Positions 47,480 to 56,529 of a DNA stretch of 61,049 bases are shown here, one piece after another. Origin of the DNA: a virus. Taxonomy: Duplodnaviria > Heunggongvirae > Uroviricota > Caudoviricetes. Position numbers and translations under genes: made by a program. The notes beneath the pieces were generated by a model. The model was given only the letters and a program-made list of their open reading frames with translations, was not told where the DNA came from and made no database searches. The DNA lies in the IMG/VR virus record IMGVR_UViG_3300043399_000700. The stretch is one strand, 5' to 3'. Every line of letters starts with the position of its first letter. Position 1 is the first letter of the stretch.

Positions 47480-50400
47480 ATGGCACTAACCAGAGTCCGC
47501 GCCCTGCAAATTAGTAATATTGACTATAAGCAGGCGGTTAGAGTAATTACAACAACAAATATTGCTAGTTTAAATGGGGGAGCACCCGATACAATCGACG
47601 GCGTAAGTTTAAACGCAAACGATCGTATTCTAGTTAATGGCCAGAATACAGGCAGTCAAAATGGTATCTACTATGTTGTATCAGTAGGTACTGGGTCAGA
47701 TGGTGTGTGGGCACGTACAGTTGATGGCAACGACACAGGCGACATCCAAGCTGGCATGATTGTAATGGTCACTGAAGGTACAGTTTACGCTGACAGTCAG
47801 TGGAAATTAATCACAAATAATCCAATCACTGTTGGTACAACACCATTAAACTTCCAACAAGCATCAGCATTTGCATTTGGTAATGTTTATGCTAACGGTA
47901 CACCAATTTTAGCAGACACAGTCGGTGACACAATTACATTAACTCCAGCAAATAACATTGTTATTACTGGTAATGCTACATCCGACACAGTAACTTTTGC
48001 TGTTGCTGATTCTCCAACATTCCAGACAATTACTGCTGGAAACATTATTCCATCGGCAAATGCAACCTACACATTAGGTAATGCCACTAATCAGTGGAAG
48101 TCACTATATGTTTCTGGTAATACAATTTACATTGGACCAGGACAAATCACTGCTGATGGCAATGCAGTTACGCTAACCGGTGCAGGTGGCGCAACATTAA
48201 CAATCGATGGTGCGAATAACTCAGTTGGTACTGCTACTGCAACATTTATTTCTGCCACAGCAAATGTTAATGCTGGTAATTTATTAACTGGCGGTATTGT
48301 TAGTGCTAGCGGCGACATCACAAGTACCGCTAACGTAAATGGTGTAACATTTAATGGTAATTTGGCTGGTACGACTGCTTCGTTAACTGGCAATGTAACC
48401 GGTGCTAACTTATTAACAGCAGGTCTTGTATCAGCTGGTGGTACTGTAACTGGTGGCAACTTAGCCACAGGTGGTACAGTAAGTGCCGCAGGTGCAATCA
48501 CTGGTGCTAACATTACTGGTACTAATTTATTAACTGGTGGTACTGTAAGTGCCGGCGGAGATGTAACTGGTGCTAACTTATTAACTGGTGGTGTTGTAAG
48601 CGCAACTGGCACAGGTACATTTGGTAATGTATTAACTGGCGGCGTTGTTTCGGCAACTGGTACTGTAACTGGTGGTAATCTTGTTACTGGTGGATTTGCA
48701 AGCGTAGCAGGTGCAGCAACTGTTGGTAGTTTATCAACTGCTGGTACTGTAAGTGCTGGCGGTAATGTAACCGGTGCTAATGTATTAACCGCAGGTGTTG
48801 TAAGTGCTGGCGGTAATGTAACCGGTGCTAATGTATTAACCGCAGGTGTTGTAAGCGCAACTGGTACAGGTACATTTGGTAATGTTGCAACTGGTGGCAC
48901 AGTAAGCGCAACTGGTAATTTATCTGCTGGTAACGTTTCAACATCGGGCAGCGTGATTGCTGCGACTATTGAATCAACCGGTAATGCAATTATTGGTGGT
49001 GATTTAATAGTTAATGGTAATGTTACATACATCAACATTACAGATCTAAACGTACAAGATCCAATTATTGGATTAGGCCGCGGAGAAAATAATGCGCCGT
49101 TGACCAGCAATGATGGCAAAGATCGCGGCGAACAATTATGGTATTTTGATACTGCCGGTAATGTAGAGCAATCGGCATTTATTGGTTATCAAAATACAAG
49201 TGGCAAATTAATTGCCGCTGTTGATGTTACAATTGCTAACGAAATTGTAACAGTTAACGAATATGGTACATTTAAAGTCGGCACAATCGAAGCCGATGCA
49301 CAGTCAGTTTCTGGTAACCTAACAGTTGGGAATCTTCTATCAACTGGTGTAGTAAGTGCAGCCGGAGATGTAACTGGTGCAAACTTATTAACAGGTGGTG
49401 TTGTTTCAGCAACTGGCACAGGTACATTTGGTAACGTTGCAACTGGTGGCACAGTAAGTGCAACTGGTACTGTAACTGGTGGCAACTTAGCTACAGGTGG
49501 TACAGTAAGTGCAATCGGCGACATCACAAGTGCTGGCAATGTAAGCGGTACAACATTTAATGGTAATGTTGCTGGCTCAACAGTAAGTGCAACTGGTACT
49601 GTAACTGGTGGCAACTTAGCTACAGGTGGTACTGTAAGCGCAACTGGCACAGGTACATTTGGTAACGTTGCAACTGGTGGTACTGTAAGTGCTACAGGCG
49701 ATATCACAAGTGCTGCTAACGTAAGTGGTACAACATTTAATGGTAATGTTGCTGGTACAACAGTAAGTGCATCTGGCACAATCACAGGTGGTAACGTTGC
49801 AACCGGTGGTACTGTAAGTGCTGCAGGTGATATTACTGGTGCTAATGTAACTGGTGCAAATCTATTAACAAGCGGTGTAGTTTCAGCAACTGGTACTGTA
49901 ACCGGCGGTAACGTTGAAACTGGTGGTACTGTAAGTGCAACTGGCACAGGTACATTTGGCAACTTAGCCACAAGCGGCACAGTAAGTGCTGCTGGTACTG
50001 TAACTGGCGGTAATTTAGCCACAGGTGGTGCTGTAAGTGCAACCGGTACTGTAACTGGCGGTAATTTAGCCACAAGTGGTACTGTAAGTGCTACAGGCGA
50101 TATCACAAGTGCTGCTAACGTAAGTGGTACAACATTTAATGGTAATGTTGCTGGTACAACAGTGAGTGCAACCGGTACAGGTACATTTGGTAATGTTGCA
50201 ACTGGTGGTACTGTAAGTGCTACAGGCGATATTACAAGTGCTGCTAACGTAAGTGGTGGCAATATTGCCACAAGCGGCACAGTAAGCGCAACCGGTACAG
50301 GTACATTCGGTAATGTTGCAACTAGTGGCACAGTAAGTGCAACTGGTACAGCAACAGTTGGTAGTTTATCAACCAGTGGTACTGTGAGTGCAACCGGTAA

Positions 50401-53400
50401 CATTACAGGTGGCAATGTATCGGGTACAACAATCAGTGGTAATCTAGTTGGTACATCTGCTTCGCTAACTGGTACAGTCACAGGTGGCAATTTAGTAACT
50501 AGTGGTACTGTAAGTGCTGCAGGCACAGCTACAGTTGGCAACTTAGCCACAAGCGGCACAGTAAGTGCTGCAAGTACAATCACTGGTGGTAATTTAGTTT
50601 CAACTGGTACTGTAAGTTCTAGCGGTAACATTACTGGTGCAAATCTATTCACAAATGGTGCAATTTCGGCAACCAGTACAATCACCGGTGGTAATGTTGT
50701 TACAAGTGGCACAGTAAGTGCTGTAGGCACAGTTACTGGTGGTAACGTTGAAACAAGCGGTGCTGTAAGTGCTGCAGGTGCAGCTACCGTTGGTAGTTTA
50801 TCAACTGCTGGTGCTGTAAGTGCAACTGGTAACATCACAGGTGGCAATTTATATTCACCAGGTGAGGTAAGCGTTGCTGGCAACATCACTGGTGCAAATT
50901 TAAATGTCGACACAATTAATTCAGACAATATTAGTGTAACTGGTAATGTCGATGCAGGACTATCATTGCGCACTTCAGGTTATGTAAGTGCAACTGGTAC
51001 TGTAACTGGTGGTAACGTTGAAACAAGCGGTAATGTAAGCGCAACCGGTACTGTAACTGGTGGTAACGTTGCAACTGGTGGCACAGTAAGTGCAACTGGT
51101 ACAGGTACATTTGGTAATGTTGCAACTGGTGGTACTGTAAGCGCAACTGGCACAGGTACATTCGGTAATATTGAAACTAGTGGTACTGTAAGTGCAACTG
51201 GTGATATTACAAGTGCTGCTAATGTAAGTGGTGTAACATTTAACGGTAATGTTGTTGGTGCAACTGCAAGCCTAAGCGGCATAGTCACTGGTGGCAACTT
51301 AGCCACAGGCGGTACTGTAAGCGCAACTGGTAACATTACTGGTGGCAACGTATCGGGTACAACAATCAACGGTAACCTAGTTGGCACAACTGCTTCTCTA
51401 AGCAGCACAGTCACTGGTGGCAACTTAGCCACAGGTGGTACAGTAAGTGCTGCTGGCGATATTACAACTGCTGCTAATGTAAATGCAATTACCACTAAGG
51501 GTAATGTTGAAGCAACTTACGCAAGTTTAAGCGCCAACGTAACTGGCGGTAACTTATTAACTGGCGGCGTTGTTTCAGCAACTGGCACAATTACAGGTGG
51601 TAATGTTGAAACTGGTGGTACTGTAAGCGCAACTAGTACAGTCACAGGCGGTAATTTAGGAACTGCTGGCACAGTAAGCGCAGGTGGTAATATTACCGGT
51701 GCAAATATCTCTACAGCAGGTGTTGTAATTGCAACTGGCAACGTAACTGGTGGTAACATTAACACAACTGGTTTAGTTAATGCCAGCGAATTACAAACAT
51801 CTGGTAATGCAATCATTGGTGGCGACTTAACAGTTAACGGTAACGTTACATACATCAACATTACAGACCTAAACGTACAAGATCCAATTATTGGTTTAGG
51901 TCGTGGTGAAAATAATAGCCCATTAACCAGCAACGATGGCAAAGATCGCGGTGAACAATTATGGTATTATGACACCGAAGAAAAATCAGCATTTATCGGT
52001 TACGATAACTCAACCGGCAAGTTAATTGCTGCATCAAATGTTGTAATTGCTAATGAAATTGTAACAGTTAATAGTTACGGTACATTTAGTGTTGGCGCAC
52101 TAGAAGCTGAGTCACAATCAGTTTCGGGTAATATTACTGGTGCTAACTTATTAACATCTGGTGTTGTAAGTGCTGGTGGTAATGTAACTGGTGCCAACTT
52201 ACTAACTGGTGGATTAATCAGCGCAACCGGCGCAATCACTGGTGCTAACATCACTGGTTCTAACTTACTAACCGGTGGATTAATCAGCGCAACTGGTGAT
52301 ATTACAAGTGCTGCTAATGTAAACGGTGTAACATTTAACGGTAACGTTGTTGGTACAACTGCTTCATTGAGTGGTACTGTAACTGGTGGTAATGTTGCAA
52401 CCGGTGGTACAGTAAGTGCTGCTGGCGATATCACTGGCGGTAACTTAGCAACAGCAGGAACAGTAAGTGCTGGTGCTAATATAACTGGTGCCAACTTACT
52501 AACTGGTGGATTAATCAGCGCAACTGGCGCAATCACTGGCGCTAACATCACTGGTTCTAACTTACTAACAGCAGGTTTAGTGAGTGCTGGCGGTAATGTA
52601 ACTGGTGCTAATGTATTAACTAGCGGCGTAGTAAGCGCAACTGGTACAGGTACATTTGGTAATGTAGCCACAGCAGGTACTGTAAGTGCAACTGGTACTG
52701 TTACTGGTGGTAATATTGCAACTGCTGGCACAGTAAGTGCAACTGGTGATATTACAAGTGCTGCTAACGTAAGTGGTGTAACATTTAACGGTAATGTTGT
52801 TGGTACAACCGCTTCACTAAGTGCTAACGTAACCGGCGGTAACCTGTTAACTAGCGGCGTAGTAAGCGCAACTGGTACAGGTACATTTGGTAATGTAGCC
52901 ACAGCAGGTACTGTAAGTGCAACTGGTACTGTTACTGGTGGTAATATTGCAACTGCTGGTCAAGCTAATTTAGGTAACATTGTAATCAGCGGTGATAATA
53001 TCACTGACACCAATGGTCGTGTAAACTTTAACACAGCACTAGGCGACGTCGACTTTGCAGTTAACGGTCTTGCTGCTAACGTATTCTACGTTGATGCTGC
53101 TGCAAATACAGCATCGTTTGGTAGCGCAACACAAGTAACTGGTGCAATTGTAAACTTCAGCACAACAGATTCGATCAAAGTTCCTGTTGGTGATACAACA
53201 CAGCGTCCGGCAACTGGTTCTGCTGGTATGATTCGTTTCAACACTGAAATTGGTGAATTTGAAGGCTACGACGGCAATGCTTGGGGTACAATCGGTGCTC
53301 CAGAATTTACTGTTATTGCAGATGATCAGTTTGTTGGCGACGGAAGCACCTTATCGTTTACACTAAGCTCAGAACAAACAACTAATAGTTGCTTAGTATC

Positions 53401-54244
53401 TATTAACGGTATTTCACAGTTCCCAGGTGATGCTTACTCAGTATCGGGTACAACACTAACATTCACTGAAGCACCGGCAGCAGGTGACGTAATCGACGTT
53501 CGTGAAATTACAACTACTACAACTGTTACATCAATTATGAACAGTTCTGGTAACGCTAAGATCACAACACTCGAAACTTCGGCTACGATTGCCACAACTG
53601 GTAATATTGTCCCAACTGGTAACCTAGCATATAGTTTAGGTGGCCCAAGCAACATGTTTAGTAGCGTATATGTTGGTGGTAACACAATTTACTTAGGTGC
53701 ATTGCAACTTAAGGATATTGGTGCTAACACATTTGCTGTTTACACAGCAGATGGCACAACTGAAGCTAATATTGCAGTTGGTTCAATTGATGTAACTTCG
53801 CTACAATCTGGTACTAGCGTACTTGGTATTAACGGTATCAACGGCAACGTTTATGCAACAGTCGATGGCGTAGCCAATGCGTTTGTAGTAACATCAACAG
53901 GCATTAATGTACTAGGTAACATTAGCACCACTGGCGATATCGTTGGTCAAAATGTCAACTCACTATCTGATGCTACATTGAAGACCAATGTACAGAAGAT
54001 TAAAAATGCCGAAGAAGTTATTAACGCAATTGATGGTTATACATTTGATTGGGTTGATGGCAGCGGTTCGAGTTACGGTTTTATTGCTCAACTAATTGAA
54101 GCAATTCTACCACATGCAGTAAAAACAGATCCAGTTACTGGTGTTAAATCAGTTAACTACTCAGCGGTAATTCCGTTCTTAGTTGAAATGGTTAAGAAGC
54201 AAGGTCAAGAAATCGCTGAAATTAAAAAGCAACTAGGAAAATAA
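47480..54244 (+). CDS. Long repeat-rich tail/head fibre with C-terminal peptidase S74 chaperone, 2254 aa
   Basis: Start placed at ATG 47480 (AAGGA SD). Dozens of ~17-aa GNL/VxTGGxVSATGxxTG repeats; C-terminal SDATLKTNV...YGFIAQ...VNYSAVIPFLVE coiled coil. Confidence 0.85.
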   Translation: MALTRVRALQISNIDYKQAVRVITTTNIASLNGGAPDTIDGVSLNANDRILVNGQNTGSQNGIYYVVSVGTGSDGVWARTVDGNDTGDIQAGMIVMVTEGTVYADSQWKLITNNPITVGTTPLNFQQASAFAFGNVYANGTPILADTVGDTITLTPANNIVITGNATSDTVTFAVADSPTFQTITAGNIIPSANATYTLGNATNQWKSLYVSGNTIYIGPGQITADGNAVTLTGAGGATLTIDGANNSVGTATATFISATANVNAGNLLTGGIVSASGDITSTANVNGVTFNGNLAGTTASLTGNVTGANLLTAGLVSAGGTVTGGNLATGGTVSAAGAITGANITGTNLLTGGTVSAGGDVTGANLLTGGVVSATGTGTFGNVLTGGVVSATGTVTGGNLVTGGFASVAGAATVGSLSTAGTVSAGGNVTGANVLTAGVVSAGGNVTGANVLTAGVVSATGTGTFGNVATGGTVSATGNLSAGNVSTSGSVIAATIESTGNAIIGGDLIVNGNVTYINITDLNVQDPIIGLGRGENNAPLTSNDGKDRGEQLWYFDTAGNVEQSAFIGYQNTSGKLIAAVDVTIANEIVTVNEYGTFKVGTIEADAQSVSGNLTVGNLLSTGVVSAAGDVTGANLLTGGVVSATGTGTFGNVATGGTVSATGTVTGGNLATGGTVSAIGDITSAGNVSGTTFNGNVAGSTVSATGTVTGGNLATGGTVSATGTGTFGNVATGGTVSATGDITSAANVSGTTFNGNVAGTTVSASGTITGGNVATGGTVSAAGDITGANVTGANLLTSGVVSATGTVTGGNVETGGTVSATGTGTFGNLATSGTVSAAGTVTGGNLATGGAVSATGTVTGGNLATSGTVSATGDITSAANVSGTTFNGNVAGTTVSATGTGTFGNVATGGTVSATGDITSAANVSGGNIATSGTVSATGTGTFGNVATSGTVSATGTATVGSLSTSGTVSATGNITGGNVSGTTISGNLVGTSASLTGTVTGGNLVTSGTVSAAGTATVGNLATSGTVSAASTITGGNLVSTGTVSSSGNITGANLFTNGAISATSTITGGNVVTSGTVSAVGTVTGGNVETSGAVSAAGAATVGSLSTAGAVSATGNITGGNLYSPGEVSVAGNITGANLNVDTINSDNISVTGNVDAGLSLRTSGYVSATGTVTGGNVETSGNVSATGTVTGGNVATGGTVSATGTGTFGNVATGGTVSATGTGTFGNIETSGTVSATGDITSAANVSGVTFNGNVVGATASLSGIVTGGNLATGGTVSATGNITGGNVSGTTINGNLVGTTASLSSTVTGGNLATGGTVSAAGDITTAANVNAITTKGNVEATYASLSANVTGGNLLTGGVVSATGTITGGNVETGGTVSATSTVTGGNLGTAGTVSAGGNITGANISTAGVVIATGNVTGGNINTTGLVNASELQTSGNAIIGGDLTVNGNVTYINITDLNVQDPIIGLGRGENNSPLTSNDGKDRGEQLWYYDTEEKSAFIGYDNSTGKLIAASNVVIANEIVTVNSYGTFSVGALEAESQSVSGNITGANLLTSGVVSAGGNVTGANLLTGGLISATGAITGANITGSNLLTGGLISATGDITSAANVNGVTFNGNVVGTTASLSGTVTGGNVATGGTVSAAGDITGGNLATAGTVSAGANITGANLLTGGLISATGAITGANITGSNLLTAGLVSAGGNVTGANVLTSGVVSATGTGTFGNVATAGTVSATGTVTGGNIATAGTVSATGDITSAANVSGVTFNGNVVGTTASLSANVTGGNLLTSGVVSATGTGTFGNVATAGTVSATGTVTGGNIATAGQANLGNIVISGDNITDTNGRVNFNTALGDVDFAVNGLAANVFYVDAAANTASFGSATQVTGAIVNFSTTDSIKVPVGDTTQRPATGSAGMIRFNTEIGEFEGYDGNAWGTIGAPEFTVIADDQFVGDGSTLSFTLSSEQTTNSCLVSINGISQFPGDAYSVSGTTLTFTEAPAAGDVIDVREITTTTTVTSIMNSSGNAKITTLETSATIATTGNIVPTGNLAYSLGGPSNMFSSVYVGGNTIYLGALQLKDIGANTFAVYTADGTTEANIAVGSIDVTSLQSGTSVLGINGINGNVYATVDGVANAFVVTSTGINVLGNISTTGDIVGQNVNSLSDATLKTNVQKIKNAEEVINAIDGYTFDWVDGSGSSYGFIAQLIEAILPHAVKTDPVTGVKSVNYSAVIPFLVEMVKKQGQEIAEIKKQLGK
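48100..52960 (+). repeat. Degenerate ~51-nt (17-aa) tandem repeat tracts within the fibre gene
   Basis: Perfect 51-nt tandem pair at 48748-48855; about 110-nt exact duplication at 52616 and 52847. Tract limits approximate. Confidence 0.8.
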
Positions 54245-54270
54245 AGTAAGCGGGGGAAACTCCGCTTACT
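54245..54270 (+). other. Intergenic stable hairpin with GAAA tetraloop
   Basis: AGTAAGCGGGG-GAAA-CTCCGCTTACT; no U-tract, so not called a terminator. Confidence 0.6.
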
Positions 54271-54300
54271 TGCCGAGTTCATACAAAGGAGAGAACGAAG

Positions 54301-56439
54301 ATGGCAATTAAGATTAATGGAAGTACCGTTATTGACGATAGTCAGAATGGTACACTGACTGGTAGTCAATCAGTAACAGGTAATGTCACTGGCGGCAACA
54401 TTAACACAGCAGGTGTTGTTAGTGCAGGTGGCAACGTACAAGCAGGTAACCTACGCACAGCAGGTTTAATTTCGGCAACTGGTGCAATCACTGGTGCTAA
54501 TATCACCGGTGCTAACTTATTAACTGGTGGTGTTGTATCAGCAACTGGTAACATTACTGGTGGTAACTTATCAGGTACAAACGTCACTGGTACATTGTTA
54601 ACTGCTGCTCAAACCAACATTACATCAGTTGGTACACTAACATCGCTTAACTCAGGTGCAATTAGTTCATCAGGTAATGTTACTGGTGCAAACTTAGCAA
54701 CTGCAGGTGTGGTTAGTGCTGCTGGAACAATTACTGGTGGCAATGTTGCCACAGGAGGTACAGTAAGTGCTACCGGTAACATTACTGGTGGTAACTTATC
54801 AGGTACAAACGTCACTGGTACATTGTTAACTGCTGCTCAAACCAACATTACATCAGTTGGTACACTAACATCATTAAATTCAGGTGCAATTAGTTCATCG
54901 GGCAATGTTACTGGTGCTAACATTTTAACAGGTGGACAAGTTAGTGCTGCCGGTGCAGTAAGCGCCGCATCGTTAACTACAACCGGTAACGCTATTGTTG
55001 GCGGCAACTTAGTAGTTAATGGTGATTTAGTTTATACTAACGTTGCCACACTAGCAATTGAAGATCCAGTTATTGGTTTAGGCCGCGGTCCAAACAACAC
55101 ACCGTTAATTGCCGATGATGGTAAGGATCGAGGAACACAGTTATGGTACTATGATACCGCTGAAAAATCAGCGTTTGTTGGTTGGGACGATTCAGTTTCA
55201 AAATTAATTGCTGCTGCTAACGTGTCAATTGCTAATGAAGTAGTAACTGTTAATTCATATGGTTCATTTGTAGTCGGCGGATTAGAGGGTGCTACTGCAA
55301 GTTTAAGTGGCAATGTTGATGCTGGTAATTTACGTACTGCAGGTTTAGTGTCAGCAACTGGTACAATCACTGGTTCAACACTAACTGGTACAATCTTAAC
55401 CGGCACACTAAGCACAGCAGCACAACCGAACGTTACTAGTGTTGGTACATTAACATCACTTAACTCGGGTGCAATTAGTTCATCAGGTAACGTAACCGGT
55501 GCTAACATCTTAACAGGTGGTGTGGTATCAGCAACTGGTAACATTACTGGTTCGTACTTTATCGGTAATGGTAGCCAACTAACCGGTATTGATGCAACAC
55601 AAATTCAAAGTGGCACATCAAACGTCAAGGTTGTAAGTTCGGGCGGCAACGTAACTGCAAGTATTGCTGGTACTGCAAACGTTTTAGTACTAGCAAACAC
55701 TGGTGCTTATGTAACTGGCGTTGTGAGTGCCTCAGGTCAAATTACCGGCAGTCAGTTTAATGGTTCAGGTGCTGGTTTAACATCAATTCCTGGTGCTAAT
55801 GTAACTGGTACCGTTGCTAATGCAACTTATGCTACAAGTGCTGGTAGTGCCACAACTGCTACCACAGCCGGTACAGTAACTACAGCAGCACAAGGTAACA
55901 TTACATCGGTTGGCACACTAACAAGTCTAACAGTCAGTGGTGCAATTACTGTTAACAGCGGTGCAGCAGCAACAGCCATTGTAAACGGATCAACAGATGG
56001 TATTGGTAACATTGGTGCATCTGGAGACGGCTTTAACACAGTATTTGCCAAAGCAACTTCAGCACAATACGCCGACTTAGCAGAAAAGTACACAGCAGAT
56101 GCTGAGTATGCACCCGGTACAGTTGTTGCATTTGGTGGACCTGCAGAAGTAACGCTATCTACTGTTGATGCAGATCGTCGAGTTGCTGGTGTAGTTTCTA
56201 CTAACCCAGCATACCTAATGAATGATCGATGCACAGGAACATCAGTAGCAGTTGCACTAACAGGTCGTGTGCCAGTTAGCGTAGTTGGTACAGTTGCCAA
56301 GGGCGACATGATGGTTTCAGCAGGTAATGGTTCTGCAAGAGCAGAACCAAACCCAGCATTGGGTACTGTAATTGGTAAAGCACTAGAAGATTTTACTGGT
56401 GAAACTGGTATTATCGAAGTAGTAGTTGGTCGACTATAA
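54301..56439 (+). CDS. Fibre protein with C-terminal peptidase G2-like autocleaving chaperone
   Basis: Same 17-aa repeats and one cassette copy; C-terminal YADLAEKY...GVVSTNPAYLMN...VALTGRVPV...KGD...GTVIGKALE. Confidence 0.75.
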   Translation: MAIKINGSTVIDDSQNGTLTGSQSVTGNVTGGNINTAGVVSAGGNVQAGNLRTAGLISATGAITGANITGANLLTGGVVSATGNITGGNLSGTNVTGTLLTAAQTNITSVGTLTSLNSGAISSSGNVTGANLATAGVVSAAGTITGGNVATGGTVSATGNITGGNLSGTNVTGTLLTAAQTNITSVGTLTSLNSGAISSSGNVTGANILTGGQVSAAGAVSAASLTTTGNAIVGGNLVVNGDLVYTNVATLAIEDPVIGLGRGPNNTPLIADDGKDRGTQLWYYDTAEKSAFVGWDDSVSKLIAAANVSIANEVVTVNSYGSFVVGGLEGATASLSGNVDAGNLRTAGLVSATGTITGSTLTGTILTGTLSTAAQPNVTSVGTLTSLNSGAISSSGNVTGANILTGGVVSATGNITGSYFIGNGSQLTGIDATQIQSGTSNVKVVSSGGNVTASIAGTANVLVLANTGAYVTGVVSASGQITGSQFNGSGAGLTSIPGANVTGTVANATYATSAGSATTATTAGTVTTAAQGNITSVGTLTSLTVSGAITVNSGAAATAIVNGSTDGIGNIGASGDGFNTVFAKATSAQYADLAEKYTADAEYAPGTVVAFGGPAEVTLSTVDADRRVAGVVSTNPAYLMNDRCTGTSVAVALTGRVPVSVVGTVAKGDMMVSAGNGSARAEPNPALGTVIGKALEDFTGETGIIEVVVGRL

Positions 56440-56459
56440 CCTGTAGTTGACTTTATAAC

Positions 56460-56496
56460 ATAGGACTGCAACCCTAAGGTGCAGTCCTATTTCTTT
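56460..56496 (+). terminator. Rho-independent terminator (next late promoter AATAAATA at 56498-505)
   Basis: ATAGGACTGCA...TGCAGTCCTAT followed by TTCTTT. Confidence 0.75.
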
Positions 56497-56529
56497 GAAT
56501 AAATATACTAGACTAATTGGGAAGAGTTT

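Noticed and set aside
48100-55550. CRISPR-like periodic repeats
   Set aside because: Repeats are in-frame coding units with no unique spacers, and no cas genes are present.
48127-56471. Long minus-strand ORFs rich in PVALTVPP (for example 49189-50973, 594 aa)
   Set aside because: Antisense shadows of the Gly/Thr/Ala repeat fibres; the codon bias leaves the opposite frame stop-free. No SD or domain content.
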